This document shows positions 1 through 8,980 of a stretch of DNA of 64,000 bases, in pieces (within the stretch, counting starts at the first letter, position 1; each line of letters begins with the position of its first letter). Source of the stretch: an uncultured Clostridia bacterium (GTDB taxonomy: Bacteria; Bacillota; Clostridia; Christensenellales; UBA3700); the NCBI GenBank assembly GCA_947174325.1, contig CAMWIL010000001.1:14989-78988 (forward strand), read 5' to 3'. Under the pieces are notes generated by a model. It made no database searches, was not told where the DNA came from, and saw nothing but the letters and a program-made list of their open reading frames with translations. Made by a program: the position numbers and the translations under genes.

Positions 1-1184
1 TATGCGGCAACTGTATCAACAGAGATTACTGTCAGAGTATTTTAAGCAACGAATTGTCTTCGTTGATAGAAGGAGTCGTGCGTACTGTCTTGACTTCGGG
101 AAGGGCAACGCTTGAAGACTTGCCGACTTTCTTGTCCTCTAAATGTATCCAACTTCCTACGCTTTTATCCACCTGCAACAAAACAGCGCTGGCTTACGAT
201 ATAAAATATAATTCGGGCAAGGAAATGGAAGTAGATCAAAAGCTCATTTCTGGGCAACTTCTCGGAGTAAGCGACATACTTTCTAGTCTTGGCGAAGAGG
301 TAAAGTGTACGGTAAATATCGACGACAAGCTCGACGCGAGAATAGTCGAGGAACTAGGTTACAACAATATCGTATGTTCGGACGTAATGACGTTGATAAA
401 AAACGGTAAACATACTATCTCTTTGATAGTAAGAGAAAAAGACAGAAACAAAAAAGCTCTTATTTCCGTGCTATCCAAACTCGTAAGCGCGCAGCTTGAA
501 AAAAAGGAAGAGAGAAAGTTGCCTGACGGAAGATATTGTATTACTTTTATCAACTCGCCCAAGTATAGAATAACCTACGCTACCGCCACGTGCACGAAGC
601 CCGATTCCAAGGCGTGCGGAGACACTTATACGGTGACTAAGTTGAAACACGATAAGGTGCTTATCGCTTTGTGCGACGGTATGGGTACGGGCGTCAGCGC
701 GCGCGAAGGAAGTCAACTTGCTTTGGATATGGTAAGTTCTTATTATAGAGCGGGATTTGACAACGTCAATTCGCTTATGCTCGTCAATAGGCTTCTCGCT
801 GTCGTGTCAAAGGATAATTTCAACGCGCTGGATATGTGCGTCGTTGATTTAGAGTTGGGTATCGTCGATTTTATCAAACAGGGCGGAGTGCAAAGCTTGA
901 TAAAAAGATTGGACAGCATTCAGATAATAGATAGCAACGCTCTTCCTTTGGGTATTGTCGAAGAAGCGACTCCGCAAGTTCAACGCCAGTTGATCGCCGT
1001 AGGCGAGATGGTCGTGATGTTCAGCGACGGTATTATGGAAACGCTTACGCTTGGCGGAATCAAGCATATTCTCAACTGTCTATCGACGTTGAATCCCCAA
1101 CAAGTCTGCGACGAAATAATAAATCAAGCGAAAGCTATGGGGCTCAAAGACGATTCAAGCGTTGTAGTCTTTCGCTTAACGTGA
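1..1184 (+). CDS. spoIIE: Stage II sporulation protein E, C-terminal part (PP2C-type phosphatase domain); the 5' end lies upstream of the window
   Basis: The frame is open from nt 3 (CGNCINRDYC...), so the ORF is cut by the window edge. PP2C motifs are LCDGMGTG, MFSDGI and DDSSVVVF. It is colinear with the B. subtilis SpoIIE C-terminus as I recall it. Confidence 0.85.
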   Translation, partial: CGNCINRDYCQSILSNELSSLIEGVVRTVLTSGRATLEDLPTFLSSKCIQLPTLLSTCNKTALAYDIKYNSGKEMEVDQKLISGQLLGVSDILSSLGEEVKCTVNIDDKLDARIVEELGYNNIVCSDVMTLIKNGKHTISLIVREKDRNKKALISVLSKLVSAQLEKKEERKLPDGRYCITFINSPKYRITYATATCTKPDSKACGDTYTVTKLKHDKVLIALCDGMGTGVSAREGSQLALDMVSSYYRAGFDNVNSLMLVNRLLAVVSKDNFNALDMCVVDLELGIVDFIKQGGVQSLIKRLDSIQIIDSNALPLGIVEEATPQVQRQLIAVGEMVVMFSDGIMETLTLGGIKHILNCLSTLNPQQVCDEIINQAKAMGLKDDSSVVVFRLT

Positions 1185-1228
1185 TCAAAACGTACATAAA
1201 CAGTCCTAATTATTGAAAAATTAAGTTC

Positions 1229-1257
1229 TTGACATCGCAATAAATAAAGGTTAAAAT
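1229..1257 (+). promoter_or_regulatory. sigma-A-like promoter for the fused ABC transporter gene
   Basis: TTGACA (1229-1234), 17-nt spacer, TAAAAT (1252-1257). An SD GGGAGAG precedes the ATG at 1310. Confidence 0.5.
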
Positions 1258-1309
1258 TAAAGTAAGATTAAAATAACATTAAAATTTTTAACAAGGGAGA
1301 GAAAAAGCG

Positions 1310-4300
1310 ATGTTAGAAATAAAAAACGTGTACAGGACGTATAAACCTAAAAAGGGGATTCCTGTCAAGGCGTTGGACGGCGTGTCTTTGTCGTTTGCGG
1401 ATACGGGCTTGGTTTTCATACTCGGTAAGTCGGGTAGCGGTAAATCCACTCTATTGAACGTGATCGGCGGACTTGACACAGCGGACAGCGGCGAATTCAG
1501 TATTAAGGGCAAGTCTTCAAAAGACTTTTCGCAAGCGGACTTCGATTCTTATCGCAATACGTTTATTGGTTTTATTTTCCAAGAGTATAACATTCTCAAT
1601 GAATTTACCGTAGGACAGAACATAGCGCTCGCAATGAAGTTGCAGGGTAAGAAAGTAGACGATAAATCGCTCAACGAGATATTGGAAGAAGTCGATTTGG
1701 TAGGCTACGGCAACAGAAAGCCGAACGAACTTTCCGGCGGACAAAAACAGAGAGTAGCGATAGCGAGAGCGCTTATCAAAGAGCCGGAGATCATAATGGC
1801 GGACGAGCCGACGGGCGCTTTGGATTCCAATACGGGTAAACAAGTATTCGATACTTTGAAAAAACTGTCGAAGAGCAAGTTGGTAATAGTAGTATCGCAC
1901 GATAGAGAGTTCGCGGAGTATTACGGCGACAGAGTTATCGAGCTTGCTGACGGAAAGATAATATCCGATATATCCAAAGAGACAGCCGAGTCGCGTAAGG
2001 AAAGCGAAGGATTGAGCGTCGTTGACGACAAGATATTGCATATCCGCAAGGGTTACAAACTTACCGCGGAGGATATGAAGAAAATTCAGCAGTATCTAGA
2101 TAATTCCGAAAGCGATACGATCATATCGCTTGACGAGCGTTCCAACGAAAGTTTCTGTCAAATAGCGCGTATAGATAAAGACGGAAATCAAGAGGTATTT
2201 AGAGATACGGACAACGGAGTATTATCCGAAAGCAATAAGAAGTACGACGGTTCGAGCAAATTTATCCGTTCCAAACTGCCTGCTTCGCACGCATTCAAGA
2301 TCGGCGCAAGTTCGTTGAAGACAAAGCCGTTCAGATTGTTTATGACGATATTCTTGTGTCTTATCAGCTTTGCAATGTTCGGTTTGGCGGATACGATCGG
2401 ATCGTACAACGCTAGAAAAACGACGGTAAATTCAATTCTCGATAGCAATTACGACAGCGCAGTTTTCGGAGCAAAAGTACTCAACGGCGACTATTATAGC
2501 AGCGTGGGCGCGTCTGCAAAAGATTTGGAAAGAGTCAAGGAAATGACGGGAATGGAATTTACGGGCGTTGCTAAATGCGATAGCAGCTTCTCGACTTATG
2601 AGCCAAATAAGCTCAGAGGCAATAATTATTCCACGTACTATCTATCAAGACTTGTGGGATATTTGCCTGCGAGCGAAGAAGACTTTGCTACTTTCGGTTT
2701 TGGTCAAATGCAAGGTAAAATGCCCGCCGCCGACGATGAGATCGTAATAACGAAATATATTTACGAGCAATATGCGCTTGCAGGTTTGACGTATTATGAC
2801 AACGATAATAATGAGCAAATAAATATAAAATCATCCGATATTGAGAGCGAAGAGCAGTTTTTGAAGTTCAATCCGATAATGGAGATAAGAAGCAACGGGT
2901 ACGGAGAAAGTAAAATTTGGAAAATAGTCGGTATTGTCGATACTAAGGCTGACGAAAGCAAACGTTTTGAGTCTTTGAAACCGACTGACAGCGCGTCGAC
3001 TGAAAATCTCATGTCAATGCTTTTGACTCAAGAGTGTCAGCAATATTTCACTTACGGTTACCATTCTTTGGGATACGTGAGCAAAAATACTTACAATACA
3101 ATTGTTGATTCCATTATCAATCCGCCGAATGCTTCGATAGGAAAATCTGCAAGCGGATATATGTATTTCCAAAACGATAACAATGATTATAGTTATTTCA
3201 GTTTGTATTTTGACGCTGTTGCCGGCGACGAGGCTTTGAGCGAGTTGGAAATTCTATGGGTAGACAACAACGCTCGCGAAAATTTGGCTGATAACGAATT
3301 TATTGTCAACGTAGACAGATGCTCTAATATATTCGCATATAATGGCAGCGATAGGGTCGAGGTTGATGAAATAGAAATAAATTTTAACAAATCGTATTTT
3401 GGCGGAATATTGTCGTTTAATATAAGCAAGTTGTCGGATCTGCATCCAAATATGTGGACGTCTAGAAGCATAGCAACTTGGGAAGCCGCTCAGGCTTTGA
3501 CTAAAAATCAGACGGGAGCGTTCAGAGCTTTCATCCAAAGCATTGGAGAGGAATATGGCGATAGGGCAATGAACTATTATGTCCAACGTTTGAAAGATTA
3601 CATTGTATATTCATGGGATTCTGCTTCCGAAATCGAGTTTGATAGCTCCAACTTAGCGTATGATTTCGCAAATATGAGCGACGAAGAGTTGAGGTGTCTT
3701 TACGCGGGATATTTAAACTGCTACGAAGTAGGTGTCGAAGCTGAAGTGGACGGTCAATATGAGTACGTTTATATAAATGGAGGAGATAGACAAAACGTTC
3801 TCGGTCTTGATTGCGGAATGGTAGTTAGAGATTATAACTCACAAAAGATATATTATAGCGAGTTGTTGAAAGCGGTCAATTACAGTTTTGAAATAGATAG
3901 CGCAAATTATATGTTGACTGAAGACAATAATTATAAGAATATTGAAGACGTTAAGATAGTAGGCTTTTATATTGCTAAAAGAACTGTAGATGAAAATGGT
4001 TATTGGACGGATTATTCCGGCTCGGAAGTCGTTATAAACAACGCGTTGTATAAAGCGTTGGAGAACGTTGAACCCGCAGTTTATACTTTCTTTATCGCGC
4101 CTATGCCCAAAGACAGAGCGCAAATCGAAAAACTCGTAGATATCCACTACGACGAGACTGGAGAAAGAGGATTTAGTATGCAAAACGGCGCTACGTTTAT
4201 GTTGGGCATGGTAGACAGTATGTTGGAGGTATTGGGACAGGTATTCCTCTATATTGGTATAGGCTTGGCTGTGTTCTCAATGCTGCTGATGAGCAACTAC

Positions 4301-4636
4301 ATTGCGGTGTCAATTTCTTACAAAAAGCGTGAGATAGGCATATTGCGCGCAGTCGGCGCAAAGTCAAGCGACGTATTCTCGATCTTCTTCAGCGAGAGTT
4401 TGATTATCGCGCTCATCAATTTCTTCTTGTCTATGGTAGTTTGCGGAGTAGGTTGTATGTTGCTCAATAATATGTTGAGAAGCGAATACGGCTTACAGAT
4501 CACGCTCCTCAACTTCGGTTTTAGACAGATCGCTTTGATGCTGTTGATAAGCGTTGCGGTAGCGTTGGTATCGAGTTTCTTGCCTGTTTATAGACTATCG
4601 AGGAAAAAGCCGATAGAAACGATACGTACGGCTTAG
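1310..4636 (+). CDS. Fused ABC transporter: N-terminal ATPase plus MacB/FtsX-type permease with a very large extracytoplasmic domain (1108 aa)
   Basis: Walker A GKSGSGKST, signature LSGGQKQR, Walker B IIMADEPT. There is a TM helix near aa 345, roughly 640 aa of non-membrane sequence, then an FtsX-like C-terminal 3-TM bundle (REIGILRAVGA...). Confidence 0.8.
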   Translation: MLEIKNVYRTYKPKKGIPVKALDGVSLSFADTGLVFILGKSGSGKSTLLNVIGGLDTADSGEFSIKGKSSKDFSQADFDSYRNTFIGFIFQEYNILNEFTVGQNIALAMKLQGKKVDDKSLNEILEEVDLVGYGNRKPNELSGGQKQRVAIARALIKEPEIIMADEPTGALDSNTGKQVFDTLKKLSKSKLVIVVSHDREFAEYYGDRVIELADGKIISDISKETAESRKESEGLSVVDDKILHIRKGYKLTAEDMKKIQQYLDNSESDTIISLDERSNESFCQIARIDKDGNQEVFRDTDNGVLSESNKKYDGSSKFIRSKLPASHAFKIGASSLKTKPFRLFMTIFLCLISFAMFGLADTIGSYNARKTTVNSILDSNYDSAVFGAKVLNGDYYSSVGASAKDLERVKEMTGMEFTGVAKCDSSFSTYEPNKLRGNNYSTYYLSRLVGYLPASEEDFATFGFGQMQGKMPAADDEIVITKYIYEQYALAGLTYYDNDNNEQINIKSSDIESEEQFLKFNPIMEIRSNGYGESKIWKIVGIVDTKADESKRFESLKPTDSASTENLMSMLLTQECQQYFTYGYHSLGYVSKNTYNTIVDSIINPPNASIGKSASGYMYFQNDNNDYSYFSLYFDAVAGDEALSELEILWVDNNARENLADNEFIVNVDRCSNIFAYNGSDRVEVDEIEINFNKSYFGGILSFNISKLSDLHPNMWTSRSIATWEAAQALTKNQTGAFRAFIQSIGEEYGDRAMNYYVQRLKDYIVYSWDSASEIEFDSSNLAYDFANMSDEELRCLYAGYLNCYEVGVEAEVDGQYEYVYINGGDRQNVLGLDCGMVVRDYNSQKIYYSELLKAVNYSFEIDSANYMLTEDNNYKNIEDVKIVGFYIAKRTVDENGYWTDYSGSEVVINNALYKALENVEPAVYTFFIAPMPKDRAQIEKLVDIHYDETGERGFSMQNGATFMLGMVDSMLEVLGQVFLYIGIGLAVFSMLLMSNYIAVSISYKKREIGILRAVGAKSSDVFSIFFSESLIIALINFFLSMVVCGVGCMLLNNMLRSEYGLQITLLNFGFRQIALMLLISVAVALVSSFLPVYRLSRKKPIETIRTA

Positions 4637-4684
4637 TAATTTAAAAAACAAAGCGGTTTTTCGCCGGCTGAATAAGAAAAAAAA

Positions 4685-4719
4685 GAGCTTCCCCTCATAA
4701 TTGTGCGGGAGGCTTTTTT
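4685..4719 (+). terminator. Probable intrinsic terminator after the ABC gene
   Basis: A 7-bp stem (gcttccc / gggaggc, one G-U pair) with a 13-nt loop, followed by TTTTTT. Confidence 0.5.
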
Positions 4720-4763
4720 CTATGCGGTTCTATGCATAAAAGTTCCCATCCACTATTTACCTG

Positions 4764-4793
4764 TTGACAAAATTCGACATATTTATATATAAT
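4764..4793 (+). promoter_or_regulatory. sigma-A-like promoter for the CotH-like lipoprotein gene
   Basis: TTGACA (4764-4769), 18-nt spacer, TATAAT (4788-4793). Confidence 0.5.
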
Positions 4794-4824
4794 ATCAATG
4801 TATTTTTGAAGAAAGGAAATTTTA

Positions 4825-6798
4825 ATGAAGAAACGATTTAATGTATTTATTTTATTAGTAATTATTTGCGTTTTGTCGCTGACGTTCGCATTTGCGGCTT
4901 GTAATTCCGACAGTGACGGGCAAGACACTGTAAAAGATTTGGAGCTTGTCCAAGGGCATGAACATAAATGGGACGCAGGAGTTGTAACAACTTCTCCCAC
5001 TTGTATCACGCCGGGAGTAATTACTTATTCGTGTGAGAATTGCGACGCTCAAAAGAAAGAACCTTTGGATGCAAATGGAGAACATTTATGGAGCGATTAT
5101 AGTATTGACGAAGACTTCCATTGGCGCGTTTGTCGTATTTGCGGTGAGATAGAAAAGCATGAGCATGATTTTGGGAATAAATCGATAGAGAGCGATGCCA
5201 ACGAAATAATGGAATGCGAATGCGGAATTTATAAAACCGTAGGAGAATTCTATTCGTATAAAGTTGCGTTTAAGTGTGACGTAGGAATTTCTTCAATTTT
5301 GGTATATGATACGCAAACCTATATTGACGGAGTAGAGTCAACCGTTGCTTATGCCCGCGACAGCAGTACGGGCAAACTTTTGAACGACGGTGAAGGACAG
5401 GTCAATTTTGAAGTCGTTGTCGCAATTGGATATAAGTTGAAGAGTGTCAGCGTTACGCCCAAAACGGGATATAAAAACCTTAAAGATCCTTTGGAAATTT
5501 CCAGAGATAATACTTATCGCATTACTAAGATAACAGATGAGTTGGTCGTTACCGTAGAAACCGAAATTGATTTTCTCGAATTGCCCGTAATGGTGATAAA
5601 TACGCAGAACAGCGCTCCGATTTTGGATAAGGAAAATTACGTAACGTGTAACGTATCAGTTCTTAATGCAGAACAAGAGTACTGTTTTGAAGGGGAAAGC
5701 GCGGGGATTCGCGGAAGAGGGAATACAACGTGGGGGCTACTTAAAAAGCCATATAAGCTTAAATTTAACTCAAAAGTTGACTTGTTTGGAAACGGAAAAG
5801 CCAAGAAGTGGACATTGATAGCTAATTTTGCTGATCCAAGTTTAGCACGTAATTATTTTACATACTCTATAGCAAGTCAATTTCTTGTCAATGCTAAATA
5901 TACGACAAGTGTTCAAAATATTGAATTGTATTTGAATGGGGAATATTTGGGTGTTTATTTGGTATGTGAACAGAACGAAGTAGGTAGCACAAGAGTTGAT
6001 ATAGATGATAATCTTGTAAATGATGACGGAAGTTTAATGTTAAATACAGGATATCTTTTGGAGTCGGACAATGCTTATGCACCGTATGAAGGGATTGAGG
6101 GGCTAGACTTTTTCAGAATAAATGGCGATTGTTATGCGATAAAAAGTCCTGATGTCGAAGATGAGGTTTTTATTGCTCATAAAGAGGAATTTGTGGGATT
6201 TATACAAAATATTATGCAAACAGCTGTCGACAGTCTGAATAATCTTGATAATTCATATGAAAATTTTGCCATAATAAGTAATTTGTTGGATATTCCTTCG
6301 TTTGTAGATGGTTATTTGATTGATGAGTTGACAAATACAGCGGATGGAGCAATTTCAAGTTTTTATCTTTATTATGATAATAGAGATGGAAAGATATATA
6401 GAGGTCCTATTTGGGATTACGATGCAAGTTGCGGAAATGCAGCTTACTGGGGAATTAATGAACCTACATATCTACGAGCCAGTTTGATTTTTTGGTATAA
6501 TAGACTTTTGCAATTCGATGAATTTAAGCAACTAGTAAAGGCTAGATTAGTTGAGATTTCGTCAAATAGCTTGTTAATTAATTTTCTTGACTCAAAATAT
6601 GATGAACTTATGTCTTGCAGCAATTCATTTAACCGAAATTTTGATAAGTGGGATATGGTACTTGGTCAAAGTAATTTGACTCATTGGAATACAGAAATAA
6701 TTATATCTATTACTACATGGAAGGAGCAAGTTGATTATCTTATGGAGTGGCTTAAATGTAGTTTGGATTATATGCTATCAATTTATTGTAGCGATTAG
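4825..6798 (+). CDS. CotH-family (atypical kinase-like) lipoprotein with an N-terminal Cys/His-rich module
   Basis: Lipoprotein signal (LTFAFAAC). CotH-like blocks are KKPYKLKF...GKAKKWTLIANFADPS, YLNGEYLGVYLVCEQ and GPIWDYDASCGN. Confidence 0.7.
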   Translation: MKKRFNVFILLVIICVLSLTFAFAACNSDSDGQDTVKDLELVQGHEHKWDAGVVTTSPTCITPGVITYSCENCDAQKKEPLDANGEHLWSDYSIDEDFHWRVCRICGEIEKHEHDFGNKSIESDANEIMECECGIYKTVGEFYSYKVAFKCDVGISSILVYDTQTYIDGVESTVAYARDSSTGKLLNDGEGQVNFEVVVAIGYKLKSVSVTPKTGYKNLKDPLEISRDNTYRITKITDELVVTVETEIDFLELPVMVINTQNSAPILDKENYVTCNVSVLNAEQEYCFEGESAGIRGRGNTTWGLLKKPYKLKFNSKVDLFGNGKAKKWTLIANFADPSLARNYFTYSIASQFLVNAKYTTSVQNIELYLNGEYLGVYLVCEQNEVGSTRVDIDDNLVNDDGSLMLNTGYLLESDNAYAPYEGIEGLDFFRINGDCYAIKSPDVEDEVFIAHKEEFVGFIQNIMQTAVDSLNNLDNSYENFAIISNLLDIPSFVDGYLIDELTNTADGAISSFYLYYDNRDGKIYRGPIWDYDASCGNAAYWGINEPTYLRASLIFWYNRLLQFDEFKQLVKARLVEISSNSLLINFLDSKYDELMSCSNSFNRNFDKWDMVLGQSNLTHWNTEIIISITTWKEQVDYLMEWLKCSLDYMLSIYCSD

Positions 6799-6873
6799 AG
6801 ATTGTTTTAAAGTTAAAACAAAAGGAGCAAGCGTTACGCCTGCTACTTTTGTCGTTTTAAAGCCTATCCTTTG

Positions 6874-7128
6874 TTATACATGGTCTCTATGGTTTTTATC
6901 TGAACTCATATCCTCCACTGCGTGGATACGCTTGGGAGAGAACTTATTGTATATAAGGTATGCAATAAGCCACACGCCAGCTATACCGACAAGCGCATAG
7001 ATAATTCTTGCTCCGACGTACGCGCTCGGAGTAAACATCCAGTTGATTACGTTGAAGTTGAAAATTCCAACCGACAACCAGTTCAATGCTCCGATCGTTA
7101 CCAAAATAAGTGCAATAATTGTAATCAT
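6874..7128 (-). CDS. DUF378-family small membrane protein
   Basis: 84 aa with two TM helices. GALNWLSVGIFNFNVINW and RIIYALVGIAGVW match the DUF378 pattern. The SD AAGGAGAAG lies upstream on the minus strand. Confidence 0.65.
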   Translation of the reverse strand: MITIIALILVTIGALNWLSVGIFNFNVINWMFTPSAYVGARIIYALVGIAGVWLIAYLIYNKFSPKRIHAVEDMSSDKNHRDHV

Positions 7129-7312
7129 AATCTTCTCCTTTTTTATTTAGTCGAAAGATTTCCGACTTATTAATCAAAAATCTGCGACTATGTATGCTCG
7201 AACGGCGTTTTTGGGCAATACTTATTGTATATTTTTTGCAAAGTTTTATTCACTTCTTGCGATAATCGCCAAAATGGTGTACTATTGAATTAGTAAAAGT
7301 AAAGAGGACGAT

Positions 7313-8080
7313 ATGGCTAAACGTTCAAAGAAGAAAAATCCCGGCGCTTTGACAAATCAACAGAAAGCGGATATTCTTTTCAATAAGACTCTTGACGTCA
7401 AGAAGAAGGGACTTGATATTCGACTCAACGTCACGATCGGTATAGTCGTCGCGTTATGTCTTTTAGCATTTTTGATAATGCCGGCGATCAATATGAATTT
7501 TTCAAGCGCGTTGAGCGACATTTTAGGAACGACGATGGAAAGCGACGAGGAAGATCCCACGATCGGCGTGACCGTAAATATGTCATTTCTCAATTTTCTT
7601 ACTGCGCCGTCGGGCGGATATGATAACGCTGTCGATTACATTGCGGAGAATACGAATTCTTCTATAAGTCCGCTTTTGATAAAATCCGCGTTTACGCAAA
7701 TGATGACCAAAGAGGATACGCAAATGCTCAATAGCGCATATATCATGATTTTGATAGTATCGGCGCTTTGGCTTGCAAGTTGGCTATTATGGTTTTGCGC
7801 TGTATGCTTAAACAGAAAGAATAATAAGGACGGTTTGTTTTTGCTGATATCAAGCATTGTGTTTATCGCTTTGTCTATCGCGCAGTGGATAATGTTTTTG
7901 GCGGTAGGTATAGCAAGCGCGGGCAAAGCGCAAATACAGCCGCATATAGCAAGTTATTTGATAATAGCGGGAGCAATAGCCGTTGCGACGGTCTATGGCT
8001 TGTATAGAGTCAAAATAAAGAAGATCAACAAAGAAAGAAGAGCAGTTCCCAATATGGCGGAACAAACGGGAGATAAATAA
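7313..8080 (+). CDS. Hypothetical polytopic membrane protein (about 4 TM, basic N-terminus)
   Basis: SD AAGAGGA precedes the ATG and hydrophobic segments are clear. I recognise no family. It is translationally coupled to the next gene (TAA-T-ATG). Confidence 0.5.
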   Translation: MAKRSKKKNPGALTNQQKADILFNKTLDVKKKGLDIRLNVTIGIVVALCLLAFLIMPAINMNFSSALSDILGTTMESDEEDPTIGVTVNMSFLNFLTAPSGGYDNAVDYIAENTNSSISPLLIKSAFTQMMTKEDTQMLNSAYIMILIVSALWLASWLLWFCAVCLNRKNNKDGLFLLISSIVFIALSIAQWIMFLAVGIASAGKAQIQPHIASYLIIAGAIAVATVYGLYRVKIKKINKERRAVPNMAEQTGDK

Positions 8081-8081
8081 T

Positions 8082-8861
8082 ATGGAGTGTCCAAATTGCA
8101 GACACGAGAATAAGGACGACGCGACTTTTTGCGAAAAGTGCGGCGCTCAACTTATTAGCGAAAAGAAAAAGATGTCTTTTTTCGAACGCCGTCAAGCGAA
8201 GGAAAGAGAAAGAATTTATATACTCTCTAAGGCAAGCCTTCAAGAAGAGGACGTCAAAGATATCGAAGATTTGGATATGGGCGAAGTAGAGACTATCCCC
8301 AAGGGTAAGAAAGATGCGGTAAGGAAAAGTACGGTTGTAAGATTTGCGCTGTCAATCGTAGGGTTGGCGCTCTCTATCGTTCTTATATACGTCGTAGGAA
8401 GATTGAAATTCAACGATACGTTGAGGGTAATGCTCATTCTGTTTTTGTTTTTGATTTGTTTTACGGCAGGAGCTTTCGTAATAGATTACGGATATAGAAT
8501 GAGAATGATAAACGCTATGTGCAAAAGCGGTTTTGCCATTAAAAAAATCAGTTATGGTAAGCCTCCCGTAATGCTTTTGGGCGATAATTTTTATGATTTG
8601 AAGATAAAGACAAAGTGCGATATAGTTGGTTGCGGAGCTGAGATGCATATAGAAGAATACAACGGCGAATTTATAGCGGTATGCAACGCCGATAGATCGC
8701 ATCTGCGAAGACTTGATTGCAGCGCATTAAATCCGAATAGCGATAAAAGCGTTGATGAAAGTTGTTCCAATATAAAAGAAATAGATGAAAGCGAAATAAA
8801 TTCTCAAGCGGAACAGAATAAAGAGAATGCAGAAGTGAAAAGCGACGGCGAGTCGCAATAA
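8082..8861 (+). CDS. Zinc-ribbon domain membrane protein (hypothetical)
   Basis: N-terminal CPNC-x12-CEKC zinc ribbon, two TM helices, a C-terminal Cys/His-containing domain and an acidic tail. Confidence 0.55.
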   Translation: MECPNCRHENKDDATFCEKCGAQLISEKKKMSFFERRQAKERERIYILSKASLQEEDVKDIEDLDMGEVETIPKGKKDAVRKSTVVRFALSIVGLALSIVLIYVVGRLKFNDTLRVMLILFLFLICFTAGAFVIDYGYRMRMINAMCKSGFAIKKISYGKPPVMLLGDNFYDLKIKTKCDIVGCGAEMHIEEYNGEFIAVCNADRSHLRRLDCSALNPNSDKSVDESCSNIKEIDESEINSQAEQNKENAEVKSDGESQ

Positions 8862-8907
8862 AAAATGCAAAGATTGTCATATTCTTGACAAATGGCTTGA
8901 TTATTCT

Positions 8908-8936
8908 TTACAAAAAATACTGCGCAGTGATATAAT
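8908..8936 (+). promoter_or_regulatory. sigma-A-like promoter with extended -10 for pgk-tpiA-gpmI
   Basis: TTACAA (8908-8913), 17-nt spacer, TGaTATAAT (-10 at 8931-8936). Confidence 0.5.
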
Positions 8937-8980
8937 AACAGCGTAAAAAAATTTATATTAAATATTTAAGGAGACTTAAT

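Noticed and set aside
6731-7177. Three overlapping ORFs (6731-7000 +, 6922-7173 +, 6944-7177 -) around the DUF378 gene
   Set aside because: Only the 6874-7128 minus-strand frame has an SD, a clean two-TM profile and a recognisable family pattern. The others are overlapping shadows.
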